Assembly: GCA_963772725.1 (NCBI GenBank) | Contig: CAVYYI010000001.1 | Location: 800,001-864,000, forward strand | DNA: 64,000 nt | Direction: 5' to 3' | From: an uncultured Phycisphaerales bacterium | GTDB taxonomy: Bacteria > Planctomycetota > Phycisphaerae > Sedimentisphaerales > Anaerobacaceae | Shown: positions 49,128-60,308 of the stretch, piece by piece | How positions within the stretch are numbered: position 1 is the stretch's first letter | Layout of the letters: each line of letters starts with the position of its first letter | The notes under the pieces: model-generated | Database searches by the model: none | Told to the model about the DNA's origin: nothing | What the model saw: only the letters and a program-made list of their open reading frames with translations | Program-made: the position numbers and the translations under genes

Positions 49128-49340
49128 TCAAGCCGTTTTAATATTGATTACAGGCTCTTTTTTGAGCCACTGGCCGTTGCAGCCTTCTTCTCTGCACCGG
49201 AACCAGATAAAAGTACTGCCGCCATTCTCTACCCTGTCAACCTCAGCCATCACGGCCCCGCACTCCGGGCAAAGATTGCTTGCCTCAGCCATTTGAAACC
49301 TCGTCTTAACCGTATCCAACTGTATATTTAAAGCTTCCAT
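49128..49340 (-). CDS. Small Zn-ribbon protein
   Basis: CPECG...WFRC...C; AGGTG RBS before MEALN. Confidence 0.65.
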   Translation of the reverse strand: MEALNIQLDTVKTRFQMAEASNLCPECGAVMAEVDRVENGGSTFIWFRCREEGCNGQWLKKEPVINIKTA

Positions 49341-49571
49341 AACACACCTACTGCCTAACACATAACAACCTGTTCCTTAAACCAACGATTACAATATAAG
49401 TTAAGCCACTCAAAACCTAAATAGGCTTTTCCCCTATTTCCGCTTGCTCTTTTACCTAAACGGCCAATATCACTAAAACCAGCCAATGAATGCGCATAAA
49501 AAAAGCTGCCGAGCAAATTATTCAGCAGCCATAGAAAAAAGCCCGAGGAGGAAAGACATATTTAACGAATT

Positions 49572-50985
49572 TTAATCGAATCGCATTGACCTGACAGCGT
49601 TTTCCAGTTTGCTGCGGTCTTTCTGGAACTGTTCAATCGGCCCCCACGCCTCAATTACATAAACATAATTTTCATTTGCCGCCATAGCAGCCATATAACC
49701 GAACTGTTTGTGACCTATTTGCTTACTGCCTGTAAGCACTTTTGCGGAAGAACCATTCGCCAGTTTCAGTCCCGAGGTTTCTTTTATGTAAATAGTTTTC
49801 TGTTCGGTAAGCACACGGTTAACAAGCTTTGCCCAGAATTCCGTATTTCCGCCTTTATAATTTCGATATCTCTGGGCGGAAATTACAGAGTCGTCGGCAG
49901 ACATAGCTCGAAGAGCGCTTCTTGTTTCGTAATATCTCACATAGCCATCCGGTATATCAAATATTGGCTGATGCCAAAACAGGAACTTACTTATATAAGG
50001 AGAACCAATTGAAGAACTTGTTAAGCCTGAGCCAAGATTGTATATCCACTGAAATGGTATTGTTATAGTTACATCTTGCTGAGGCACAGGGGAATTAAAA
50101 TAAATCGTCAGGGTGCAGTAAGCGATACTGTCCTTAAGGTGTGCGATTTTTCCTTTGAGCAGTTCAATTTCCTCGGTTACACGACCAAGCTCCTTTTCAA
50201 TCTTAAGCGCATCCTCAACCTTGTCGGCCTTGTTCGAGCAGTTTTGTCAGTCTTTGCCTGATACTTTCTGCATTTTGCAGACGGATGTTAAGGTCTCGCA
50301 TTTCATCTGTAACATCGCTGCCCTTTATTTCCTTCTGTGTTACCTCGCCAAGTTTTTCAGTTTCAGCGATGAGGTCATGAAATTTCTGCGATGGAACTCT
50401 GAGAATTATTGAGCGGCTGTCCATCTTCTGCATATACCCGCCCATACTGATTGTGACCGCCTCTATTTTACTTAGTGATTTAGATATGTTATCAACAACC
50501 ATGTTCATTACAGCATTATAAATAACCAGCCTTCCTATACTGGCCGGGTCATTCTGCGGCGGTTCCATGGCTTGCCCGATTTCTTCTTTAGCCTGCTTTT
50601 CGAAACGGCGGCCTACAGCTACAACTTCACTACTAATTTCACTATTTCCACCCTCAAGCTGTAATTTTCCAGCATTCATTTGCCATACCAGATTTGATGA
50701 TGAGGAACTATCATAAGAATGCAAACTTTCAAAATTCCCTGAGGTTTCAGATTTATTAAAATACGCCAAGCCGCCAAACAACACAATCATTATCACCGCT
50801 GCCGCACAGGCGAATTTTGTTATCCTGCTTTTTATAATTATTCTTAATATGCCACGCCTAAAGACCAGTTTGGTGTGTCCGTCAAGCATCTTTCTAAAAG
50901 CAATGCGATCTGATTCCTCAGCGACAGCGGGATTAATTCCGTCCGCTTTTAAAAGACCCTCGTATAATTTTTTGTTATTATCCAT
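49572..50985 (-). CDS. Putative anti-sigma factor with DUF4349 domain, split by frameshifts
   Basis: Overlaps the ECF sigma stop; one TM; GGY..LRVP..DVT..D...RL DUF4349 pattern; continues in ORF 49572-50087. Confidence 0.7.
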
Positions 50986-51517
50986 TTCGCCTCTCCATTT
51001 CTTTACGAAGAGATTGCTTTGCGTAAAATATTCGTGACCTTACAGTTCCAATATTGCAGCCAACAACATCGGCTATCGATTCATAAGACATCTGCTCAAT
51101 GAAGCACAGCGTTAACACTTCTCTGTGATAAGGTTTAAGCTCGTTCATCGCCTTTTGCAGCTTTTCAGCGTCATTGGCATCGAAGACCGGCTCACCACCG
51201 CCTGATACGGGAACCTCATCTTCTTCCGGCAGACTGACAAACCTTTCTTTCCGCCTGAATCCATCATAAACCTTATTTCTCGCGATACGGTACAGCCAGA
51301 CAGCGAAAATCTGAGCGTCTTTGAGCTTATGTATCTTCTTAAAAACAGTTACCCATATATCCTGAAGAATATCATCAATGTTGACGCCCCCGCTATCCAG
51401 CCGCCTGACATAATATTTCAGCCGAGGCTGATAAATCTCAAACAGTTCCTCAAAAGCCGCCCTTTCGCCTTCCTGGCAGCGATGAACTATTTTTCCCAGT
51501 TCTTTCTCCGAATCCAT
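50978..51517 (-). CDS. ECF sigma-70 factor
   Basis: AFEELF, DILQD, WLYRIARN, SYESIA..GTVRSRI. Confidence 0.93.
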   Translation of the reverse strand: MDSEKELGKIVHRCQEGERAAFEELFEIYQPRLKYYVRRLDSGGVNIDDILQDIWVTVFKKIHKLKDAQIFAVWLYRIARNKVYDGFRRKERFVSLPEEDEVPVSGGGEPVFDANDAEKLQKAMNELKPYHREVLTLCFIEQMSYESIADVVGCNIGTVRSRIFYAKQSLRKEMERRNG

Positions 51518-51726
51518 ATATGTCCCTTGAAATCTTTCCCGTATCATAGGGTAAAGACGCAATTTGACCGGATTAGTTCAAATAAATTTTAATATTTTTA
51601 AATTTTACCGATTTTTATGCTTAAAACCATACAGAAAACTCTCTCCACCGCTCGTTTTGTTTTTCAAAACATCTCTTGCCGATTGACATAAAATGTATTA
51701 TAATTAGATTTTTTAATAAGATAAAA

Positions 51727-53178
51727 ATGGGTATTTTTAAAAAACGGAAATCTAAAATCAAAAGCCGGCACACGGATATTAAACTGACTTTTCTCGGTGC
51801 TGCGCAAAACGTGACGGGCTCGCGTTACCTTCTCGAAGCGAACGGCACAAAGATTCTTGTTGATTGCGGCCTATACCAGGAACGGCAATTCCTCGAGCGT
51901 AACTGGGAACCGTTTCCTGTCCCGCCGTCAAATTTGAACGCAGTACTGTTAACGCACGCACATCTTGACCACTGTGGTCTGCTGCCAAAACTCGTCAAAG
52001 ACGGCTTTAGCGGCAAAATCTACTGCACCGCCGCCACCGCTGAACTTGCCCGCATCATTCTGCTGGATTCAGCGAAGCTGCAGGAAGAAGATGCCGAATT
52101 CAAGCGCAAGCGTCACGAAAAGGAAGGCCGCACAGGCCAGTACCCGGAAGTGCCGCTATATACCGTTCAGGACGCGCAGAATTGTTTTCCGCTTTTTGCA
52201 CCTGTAAATTATAATGAAACTGTAGAGATTTCCGAATCTCTCTCAGCGGTTTTCCACGACGCTGGGCACGTTCTTGGCTCATCAATGATTAAAGTTACAG
52301 CCCGCATGAGCGGCAGGCAGCGAACCATACTTTTTTCCGGCGATGTCGGGCGACCCGGCCGCCCCATGCTTCGCGACCCGTCCGTTTTCGCAAACGCCGA
52401 TTACGTCCTGATCGAATCAACTTACGGTGACAGGCTTCATACAGAATCAGAAGACTCGCTCAAAATACTTACCAAGGCCATTAACGACACCAAACGCTCC
52501 GGCGGCAATATCATTGTGCCTTCTTTCGCACTAGAACGTTCGCAGGAAATTCTCTATTACCTCAACCAGCTTCTTATGCAGGACGCCATCCCGCACATTA
52601 TGGTTTTCCTCAACAGTCCGATGGCGACAAAAATTACGGAGGTCTTTAAAGAACACACTGAACTGCTTGATGATGAAATGGCTGACCTGGTCAAGCGACA
52701 TCAATCGCCGTTCAATTTTCCGGGTCTTAAAATGGTCTCCACCACTGAGGAATCCAAAGCCATTAATCACATCAAAGGAACCGTAATGGTCATAGCCGGC
52801 TCCGGAATGTGCAATGGCGGGCGCATCAAACACCATCTTGTAAATAACATCTCAAGGCCTGAATCAACCATTATCTTTGTCGGCTACCAGGCCATCGGCA
52901 CGCTGGGCAGATTAATAATCGACGGCGAAAAAACCGTCCGTATCCTCGGGCAGCAGTACGATGTTAAAGCCAACATCGTCCAGGTCAACGGTTTTTCATC
53001 GCACGCGGATAAGAATGAACTTATCAACTGGCTGAAAAATCTCAAATCGCCGCCTGGTAAAATATTTGTAGTTCACGGCGAAGAAAACTCCGCTAAAAAT
53101 TTCGCCGAGTATATCCATTCCGTTACCGGCTGGCCCGCCGAAACTCCAAATTATCAGGAAACCGTTTTTATCGACTAA
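51727..53178 (+). CDS. MBL/beta-CASP metallo-hydrolase (YSH1-like RNase)
   Basis: GAAQNVTGS, THAHLDH, AGHVLGS, SGD, ESTYG, SSHAD, VHGE. Confidence 0.93.
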   Translation: MGIFKKRKSKIKSRHTDIKLTFLGAAQNVTGSRYLLEANGTKILVDCGLYQERQFLERNWEPFPVPPSNLNAVLLTHAHLDHCGLLPKLVKDGFSGKIYCTAATAELARIILLDSAKLQEEDAEFKRKRHEKEGRTGQYPEVPLYTVQDAQNCFPLFAPVNYNETVEISESLSAVFHDAGHVLGSSMIKVTARMSGRQRTILFSGDVGRPGRPMLRDPSVFANADYVLIESTYGDRLHTESEDSLKILTKAINDTKRSGGNIIVPSFALERSQEILYYLNQLLMQDAIPHIMVFLNSPMATKITEVFKEHTELLDDEMADLVKRHQSPFNFPGLKMVSTTEESKAINHIKGTVMVIAGSGMCNGGRIKHHLVNNISRPESTIIFVGYQAIGTLGRLIIDGEKTVRILGQQYDVKANIVQVNGFSSHADKNELINWLKNLKSPPGKIFVVHGEENSAKNFAEYIHSVTGWPAETPNYQETVFID

Positions 53179-53185
53179 CGCATTT

Positions 53186-53926
53186 TTATCGCAGTTTTTC
53201 GGCCTGTGCCAGTCGTGCCGCGGCGAAATCCCAGTTCGCCAGTTTCATAAAATTATCCACCCACTGGCCGCGGTCATTAGCATATTTCAAATAATAGGCG
53301 TGCTCCCAGACATCGCATACAAGCAGCGGAATAACTCCCCAGACAGTCAAATCCTGATGCTTTTCAGCCTGCAAAACCAAAAGTTTATCGCTCATGGGTT
53401 CATAGGCAAGGATTCCCCAGCCGCTGGCTTCGACCGCCTTTGTCGCGGCGGCAAACTGCGATTTGGCCGATTCAACCGAGCCGAAACTATTTGCCATCGC
53501 TTTTGTGAGTTCATCGGGCATTTTTGAACCGCCTGGAATCATGGATTGCCAGAAAAGCGTGTGTAAAATGTGGCCGCTGCTATTAAAGGCCAAATCGCGT
53601 GAAAGAGCTTTAATGGCAATATAGTTATTGGCATCGCGGGCGGCCTGGAGTTTTTCGAGTGCGGCGTTGAGTCCGGCGACAGAAGCGGCGTGGTGTTTTG
53701 TGTAGTGAATTTCGACGGTTTTGGTGTCGTAAAACGGTTCAAGGGCATCGTACCTATACGGCAGCGTGGGCAAGACATAGCGGTGGTCTTTGAAGCCGAC
53801 CAGAGGCATTACAGTTTTAGGCGGTGTGTTAGGTTCCTGGGCAAAAAGCCTTGCGACGCCAAGAGTTGTGAACGCGCTGACGGCACCGAGTTCGATTAGT
53901 TCTCTGCGTGAAATTTCAGTTTTCAT
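53186..53926 (-). CDS. Fe/Mn superoxide dismutase with Tat signal
   Basis: SRRELI Tat motif; LPYRYDALEP, HYTKHH, DVWEHAYY. Confidence 0.94.
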   Translation of the reverse strand: MKTEISRRELIELGAVSAFTTLGVARLFAQEPNTPPKTVMPLVGFKDHRYVLPTLPYRYDALEPFYDTKTVEIHYTKHHAASVAGLNAALEKLQAARDANNYIAIKALSRDLAFNSSGHILHTLFWQSMIPGGSKMPDELTKAMANSFGSVESAKSQFAAATKAVEASGWGILAYEPMSDKLLVLQAEKHQDLTVWGVIPLLVCDVWEHAYYLKYANDRGQWVDNFMKLANWDFAAARLAQAEKLR

Positions 53927-53951
53927 AAGTTCTCCTTTCAACTTGAGTTAA

Positions 53952-55606
53952 AAGCCTTTTGTAAAATTCATAAATATTTGTTAAATAACGACTTATGTCA
54001 TTATTTTTCTTGCAATCTCCTCCATTTTGGATATTATGTAAGCGTTGTCAGTAAAAGGACTTACAACCAAAATAAAGGAGATTTTTTTATGTACCACGTT
54101 CAAACGTCACTATTTTATGACCTCCAGGAGCTTGTCAGAAATTCATCGCTGCTGCGAAAGTACTTCTATCTCTTTCAGGCTCTCGATATTTCCATTCTGC
54201 CCGACAGAAACTTCGGTGTCGGCAGAACAGGTCACTCACGACATGCCATCCTGAGAGGCACTCATCGTCAAACATCTTCAGCAAATAAAATCTGTCCCTG
54301 AGCTTATCGAATATCTTCAAGCCAATCCGCCTCTGCTGGAACTGTGCGGCTTTACGCTCGGGAATATGCCGGACGAATCCCAATTCTATCGTTTCTTGGC
54401 AGATACCGATAACTCTGTTCTCAAAGAAATTCATTACCGTCTAAATCAGCGGCTTATCGAACAGGGATTAGTCAGCCTTGATACCTTGATCATTGACTCC
54501 AAACCTGTTATGGCTGCCACAAAAGAAAATAATCTCAAAAATCCCGCCCGAAACACCACCGATAAAACCAAGACGCCCACTCGAAATCCTGCTGCAACAT
54601 TGAGCTATTATTCTTGTCAGGTCCTCAACGGCAAAAAGGAAAACATGCTGTTCTTCTGGGGATACAGGACACATGTCATAATCTCAAAACAAGGAATATC
54701 GCTTGTTGAAATAACTCTGCCAAACAACACCACAGACCAGCAGGTTGCCTTCAAGCTGCTTAAAGAACTCAAACGCAGATACAGGGTCAGAAAAGGCTTT
54801 CTGTTTCTTGCGGATAAGGCCTACGATGTCAGAGACCTGTACACCTTTATAGTTGGAAAGATGAAGGGAAACCCATATATCCCAATCAACCCAAGAAATC
54901 AGAAAGATGACAAGACTTTTGGCCCTCACGGCTGTCCCATCTGTGATGCTGGTCTTGAAATGAGGTCGACCGGAAGATGGACCGAGGGCAATCGTGAACG
55001 CATCAAGTTTCGCTGCCCCTTAAAGGTCAGCAAAAAGACTGCTGAAAAACTTAGTAACACCTGTCCGGTAAACCTTCCATCCTTCAATACCGGCAAATGC
55101 TACGGCTGTACCAAGTACATTGATATCACTGAAGATGCACGTTCGCGTGTCCCAAGGGATTCAAGGGAATTTAAGGAAACTTTCAAGCAAAGAGAATCAG
55201 TCGAGCAATACTTTGCTCGGTTAGGAGACCGTGAAGCTGAACAGACTACGCACTATTCATTGAAAACCGTGCGTAATCAGATGACAATCGCTCATCTGAC
55301 GGCAAGTCTTATCGGCGTTGCCGCTGCTATATTGCTTAAACAGCCCGGGAAAATGCGTTGCCATAAAACATTCGCACAAATACCAAACCGACGCAAGGCC
55401 GGCTGATGTCTCAGTTGACGTTGAACGATTAACTTTTCAAAGAGCTAAGACAGAACTCTCGGGGATACTCTGTCTCTAGACAGGCCTTCTGGCCTTAAAA
55501 AAACCAAAATTCACACTCATGCTGCAATAATCCATCAGTTCCACTGCCATTGCGTTGTTTATCCGTTCCGACCTCTGCTAAAAATCATTCATTTTGCAGA
55601 AGTCTT
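53952..55606 (+). mobile_element. Insertion sequence (IS4-superfamily DDE; IS1182/IS5-like), 1655 bp
   Basis: Imperfect TIRs AAGCCTTTTGTAAAAT / AAGACTTCTGCAAAAT; 10-bp target duplication CTTGAGTTAA at 53942-53951 and 55607-55616. Confidence 0.9.
54089..55406 (+). CDS. DDE transposase, frameshift near 54256
   Basis: IIDS, WGYRTH, ADKAYD, RESVEQYF with Cys-rich insert; N-terminus MYHVQ with AAGGAG RBS lies in a different frame. Confidence 0.88.
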
Positions 55607-55800
55607 CTTGAGTTAAGTATTGCAAATTTTAGTTATTATTCCGCCCCATATTGTCAGTCCTAATTTTAATTGGAAAGACAATGTTTTTATACGCTTTGTC
55701 GGCTTTAGAATCAAGAAAAAAAAGGCTGGATTTCAGAGTTAATTTTTTTGTGTATGAAAATGGACACAGGCTGTTGTTAGTTACGTGTCACTTTTGCCGC

Positions 55801-56170
55801 AAAATGGTTAAAGATTTACGCAAAATGGCGTTGACATAGTCTGATAACAGTGCTACAAGCTATATTGCTAAATTATGTTGTTATATTGCTATTAATATTT
55901 TTATAACACTTAATTATCTGTCAAAGGTAAAAAGAAGGAAGGACAAATCATGATTATTGAGGCATCAGCATTCATCTTACTATTACAAAGCTCTTGTAAA
56001 GATGTACGACACAGATACGCATATCGGTAATGTTATTTCCGAATTATGTTAAGAACTGTATGCACATGAAATTATGAATACCATCTCGGAAAGGAGGTGA
56101 GCAAAGGAAGGAAATAAAAGAGTGGTATCAATTGTGCGTAAAGACTCTGGAGTAACGGATTTGCATAAGA
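55801..56170 (+). promoter_or_regulatory. Conserved promoter/leader, copy 1
   Basis: AAAATGGTTAAAGATTTACGCAAAATGGCGTTGACA block and 56055-56170 block repeated at 59906-60262. Confidence 0.7.
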
Positions 56171-56219
56171 AAACGGTGTGTAAAAAATCAAATTTAATCG
56201 TACAAGGAAGGAAATATTT

Positions 56220-59200
56220 ATGAAAAACTCTATGAATAAAATTAGGCCAGGGCTTTTGTTAATGGCGTTATTAACATTGAGCCTTTGGGGAACTATACTG
56301 TGTCAGGCAGCAACCATATATGTGTCTTCTTATGGCGGTTACCCTGACGACAGCACAGATGACACAAGTGCAATAAACTCTGCTATTACCGCTGCAGGCT
56401 CGGGAGACACTGTCTCTTTCAGTGCGGGAACTTATGACCTGATAACCCCTTATGACAGCACCACTCATATCAGGATTTACGAGAAAGACAACCTTACGCT
56501 GCAGGGGCGACATCCGGCGGCGAACCTGCAACTACCTTGCTTCGCCATTACGCAGATATTAACAGTCTCTCTACCGAGCCTCACTTGGTCTACAACAAGA
56601 ACAACAGTAATATAACCGTCAAAAACTTCATATTCGACAATACACCTCGCTGTGTTACCGCAGGTACGGTCACTTATAAGTCCGGAGATGGCAAAACCTT
56701 AAGAGTGCAGCTTTTCAGCGACCAGCCTATGTTATCGGGTAGGGGCTGTTATGCGGCCAACGCCTGGCTGCCGACATCGCCTCCCGTCTTAAAGGAGGTT
56801 GAGAGTTTAACTTATGGTACATCACCTGCGAACTGGACTGTTTATGACTCCGGAAACAGGATAATGCAGCATATGTCGCAGGAGGAATTGACTTCATAGC
56901 TGATGTCGATGTAAATGATTATATGTCATGGCATTATGCCACTGATGCTCAAGACATGTTTTACACCTACAATGTTGACGGATTTACATTGCGAAATATA
57001 AAGATCCTAAATTCGATGGGCGCATTTACCCTTATAGCTTTCGTAAATAACCTTACGCTGGATAAAATCCGCGTTGCATCCGATAGCAATTGTCCGGCGG
57101 TAGGTCCACGTGACGGATTTCATATATCGACCAATACGGGTACTCTGGAAATTAATGACGTCGATATACAGGGCGTTCGAATGGACCCGATTGTTTTCCG
57201 GGTACAGTATTTTGAAATAACCAGCAAGACAGATTCGACTCATTTTAGGATAGTCAATGAATCAGCCGCAGGCAACATACCGAGTATTACCTCAGGGAGT
57301 ACCCTCGGACTCTGGAGTTCTACCGGAGGAGTTTATACTGCAACGGTAAGCTCGGCAACTTATGTATCAGGCGGCACCTATGACATCGTTACCACAGCAG
57401 CTATTCCCGCATGGGCCGGCGTGGGAACTGACTTGAAAGTTGGCGCATATATGCCCGACACTATCACAATTAAAAAGTGTGATTTTAAGAATAACGCAGG
57501 ATGCGACGTAATCCTTTTCAATGACAATGCGACGCTGATGAACAACACCCATGAGAGATGTATGTTCCCCGCTATCTATATGGGCAGCAATAACTCTACT
57601 GCAGGAGTTTGCGGAAGCAATATAGATATCGTCGACTGCAATTTCAGTTATTGCGGGTGGATGGATAAGAACGGGCACGCGGTATGATAGCAATGTATAA
57701 CGCCCATACCATATATACAACTGCTAAAATGTACGACATTAATATCCAGGATAACATTTTCGAGTATGGCTCTCCCGGAATTAACGTCTTCGATACCAAT
57801 GTTGCCGACATTTCAGGGAATGACTTTAACGAAGTATATCCTGTGGTACAAATTGACACGGCGTCAGCATCTAATATCAATGTCCACGATAACAATATAA
57901 TCCTGTCGTATATTGACTCTGCTACACTTACAGCTACTGCAATGAACAATTATACCAGCCGTAACCCCGTATATGCTGTAAACGGGGCCGGAATGACCGG
58001 CGATGCACACGCAAGTGACACCCCTGTATCCAAGATGTGGATGAGTTCGAGCAGTACTGTGCCGAGTTGGTTCAAGGTTGACCTTGCCACAAGCTACAGC
58101 AATCTGAACTTTATGAGGATTTGGAATTTCAACTGGGCAAGCTATACCAACAGAGGCAGCAGAAATGTCAATGTTTACTATTCGAATTCCGGCAGCGACC
58201 CTGGAAACCCTGTGGATAATCCGGGCAACTGGACAGCATTGGGCAGCGCCTTTGACCTGACACAGGCTCCAGGCGCAAGCAATTACGGTACAACTAACGC
58301 TGTTCTGCCTGACGATGTGGACCTTTCGGGAATCACAGCCCGATGGATATCGCTCAAGATTAACAGCGGCTGGGGCGGCGGCTATCTGGGTCTCAGCGAA
58401 ATCCGGTTCTACACAACAAGCGGCGGCGGCTCACCTCCCGGCAAAGCCACCAGTCCAAGTCCGGCTAATTCGGCTACCGGTGTAAGTATAACTGCTGATT
58501 TGAGTTGGACGGCAGGCTCAGGAGCAACATCCCACGATGTCTATTTCGGTACCAACCAGACCAACGTTACCAATGCCACAACTGCATCAGCCGAATTCAA
58601 AGGCAACCAGGCCGGCACTACTTATGACACGGGCACAATGGCTAATAACGTCACCTATTACTGGAGAATTGATGAGAAGAACACGGATGGTACAACCAAA
58701 GGCGACATCTGGAACTTCACTACTATTGTTGCAGCACCCGGCAAAGCCACTAGTCCAAGTCCGGCTAATAGTGCTACCGGTGTAAGTGTAACTGCTGACC
58801 TAAGCTGGACGGCAGACGCTGGCGCAACATCGCACGATGTTTATTTCGGAACCAACCAGACCAATGTTACCAATGCTACCACGGCATCAGCAGAATTCAA
58901 AGGCAATCAGGCAGGTGCAACTTATGACACAGGTACAATGGCTAATAACGTCACCTATTATTGGAGAATCGATGAAAAGAACGCCGGCGGCACAACCAAG
59001 GGCGACATCTGGAACTTTACTACTATTGCTGCTATGCCAACATTCGTCGCAGCCGGGGCCGTCGCGTACGGCACAGGAACGATAACACCAGCGCTTCCCT
59101 CGGGCATTGCACAGGCGATATTTTACTGCTGTTCCTTGAGACTGCCAATCAGGCCATCTCGATTTCCAATCAGAACGGCGGGACATGGACTGAGGTTACC

Positions 59201-59699
59201 AACTCACCGCAGGGAACCGGAACAGCCGCAGGCGCTACCGCTACCAGGCTTACGGTCTTCTGGTCGAGGTATAACGGTACCCAGGGCAATCCAACCGCAT
59301 CTGATTCAGGTGACCATCAGCTTGGCAGGATTATAGCTATTCGCGGTGCTGTTAGCATCCGGCAACCCATGGGATGTTACAGCAGGCGGTATTGAGGCTA
59401 CATCGGACACCAGCGGCTCTATTGCAGGAGCGACTACAACGGTTACCAATACTCTTGTCGTAACTGCCATTGCTACCAGTCTCCCTGACGCAAGCAGCAC
59501 GACAAACTTCTCGAGTTGGACAAACGCCAACCTGACAGATGTTACCGAACGCACTGACAATGCCGTAAACTCAGGCAACGGCGGTGGTCTTGGTGTAGCC
59601 ACGGGTGTGAGGGCGGCAGCCGGAGCTTATGGCAACACTGCTGTTACTCTTGCGAATTCAGCATATAAGGGTATGATGAGCATCGCGATTAAACCTTAA
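56220..59699 (+). CDS. Large secreted protein: right-handed beta-helix (GH110-like) + discoidin-like + two Ig/FN3-like repeats + C-terminal domain; split by ~5 frameshifts
   Basis: Five consecutive ORFs collinear with intact paralog 60309-63650; signal peptide; DDTSAINSAI, GPRDGFH; RIWNFN..GLSEIRFY. Confidence 0.75.
58437..59028 (+). repeat. 300-bp coding tandem duplication (Ig/FN3-like module)
   Basis: PGKATSPSPANSATGVS..LSWTA..HDVYFGT..YYWRIDE..GDIWNFTT occurs twice, 300 bp apart. Confidence 0.9.
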
Positions 59700-59745
59700 T
59701 TGGGATGATGCGTCAGTAGATTTGCAGCACTGAAGATGTGTTTAC

Positions 59746-59782
59746 AGCCCGGCGGCAAAAGTTATGCCGCCGGGCTTTTTTT
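59746..59782 (+). terminator. Intrinsic terminator
   Basis: AGCCCGGCGGCA-loop-TGCCGCCGGGCT-T run; identical to 63692-63727. Confidence 0.9.
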
Positions 59783-59905
59783 ATCACGATTCATAGTCTT
59801 GTTACTCAACCTGGCTGGGAATAACTTACAAGTCTTCATTTGTCTTTTTAAAACTTTTGTCGTTAACCCCCAAAATTCTACCGTTAAAAAACAATATTTT
59901 GACGC

Positions 59906-60262
59906 AAAATGGTTTAAGATTTACGCAAAATGGCGTTGACAGATTCCATAAAACCGTTACAGTATGCATTATCGATTCAGCAAATAAAACTATCAATAAG
60001 GAATATTCACTGGAGGCAAGATACGTGAGAAACCAGATATTGAATCATCTCAACCGCAGGATTCATCACCATGCAAACATCTTTTCTGAAAAACAGAAAG
60101 CTCTGTGTACGTACAGGCTGTCATTTTTATGCGGAACAGGTTCAGGACTATATGCACATGAAACTATGAATACTATCTCGGAAAGGAGGTGAATAAAGGA
60201 AGGGGGTGGAAGAAAAGTATCAATTGTGCGTAACTGTTCTGAAGTAACGGGTTTGTATATAA
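59906..60262 (+). promoter_or_regulatory. Conserved promoter/leader, copy 2
   Basis: Homologous to 55801-56170. Confidence 0.7.
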
Positions 60263-60308
60263 ACAAGGATGTACAAAAAATAAAATTTAATACAAGGAGA
60301 CAATTAAA

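Noticed and set aside
58437..59028. Diversity-generating retroelement TR/VR pair
   Set aside because: In-frame coding domain duplication with mostly synonymous differences; no reverse transcriptase in the window
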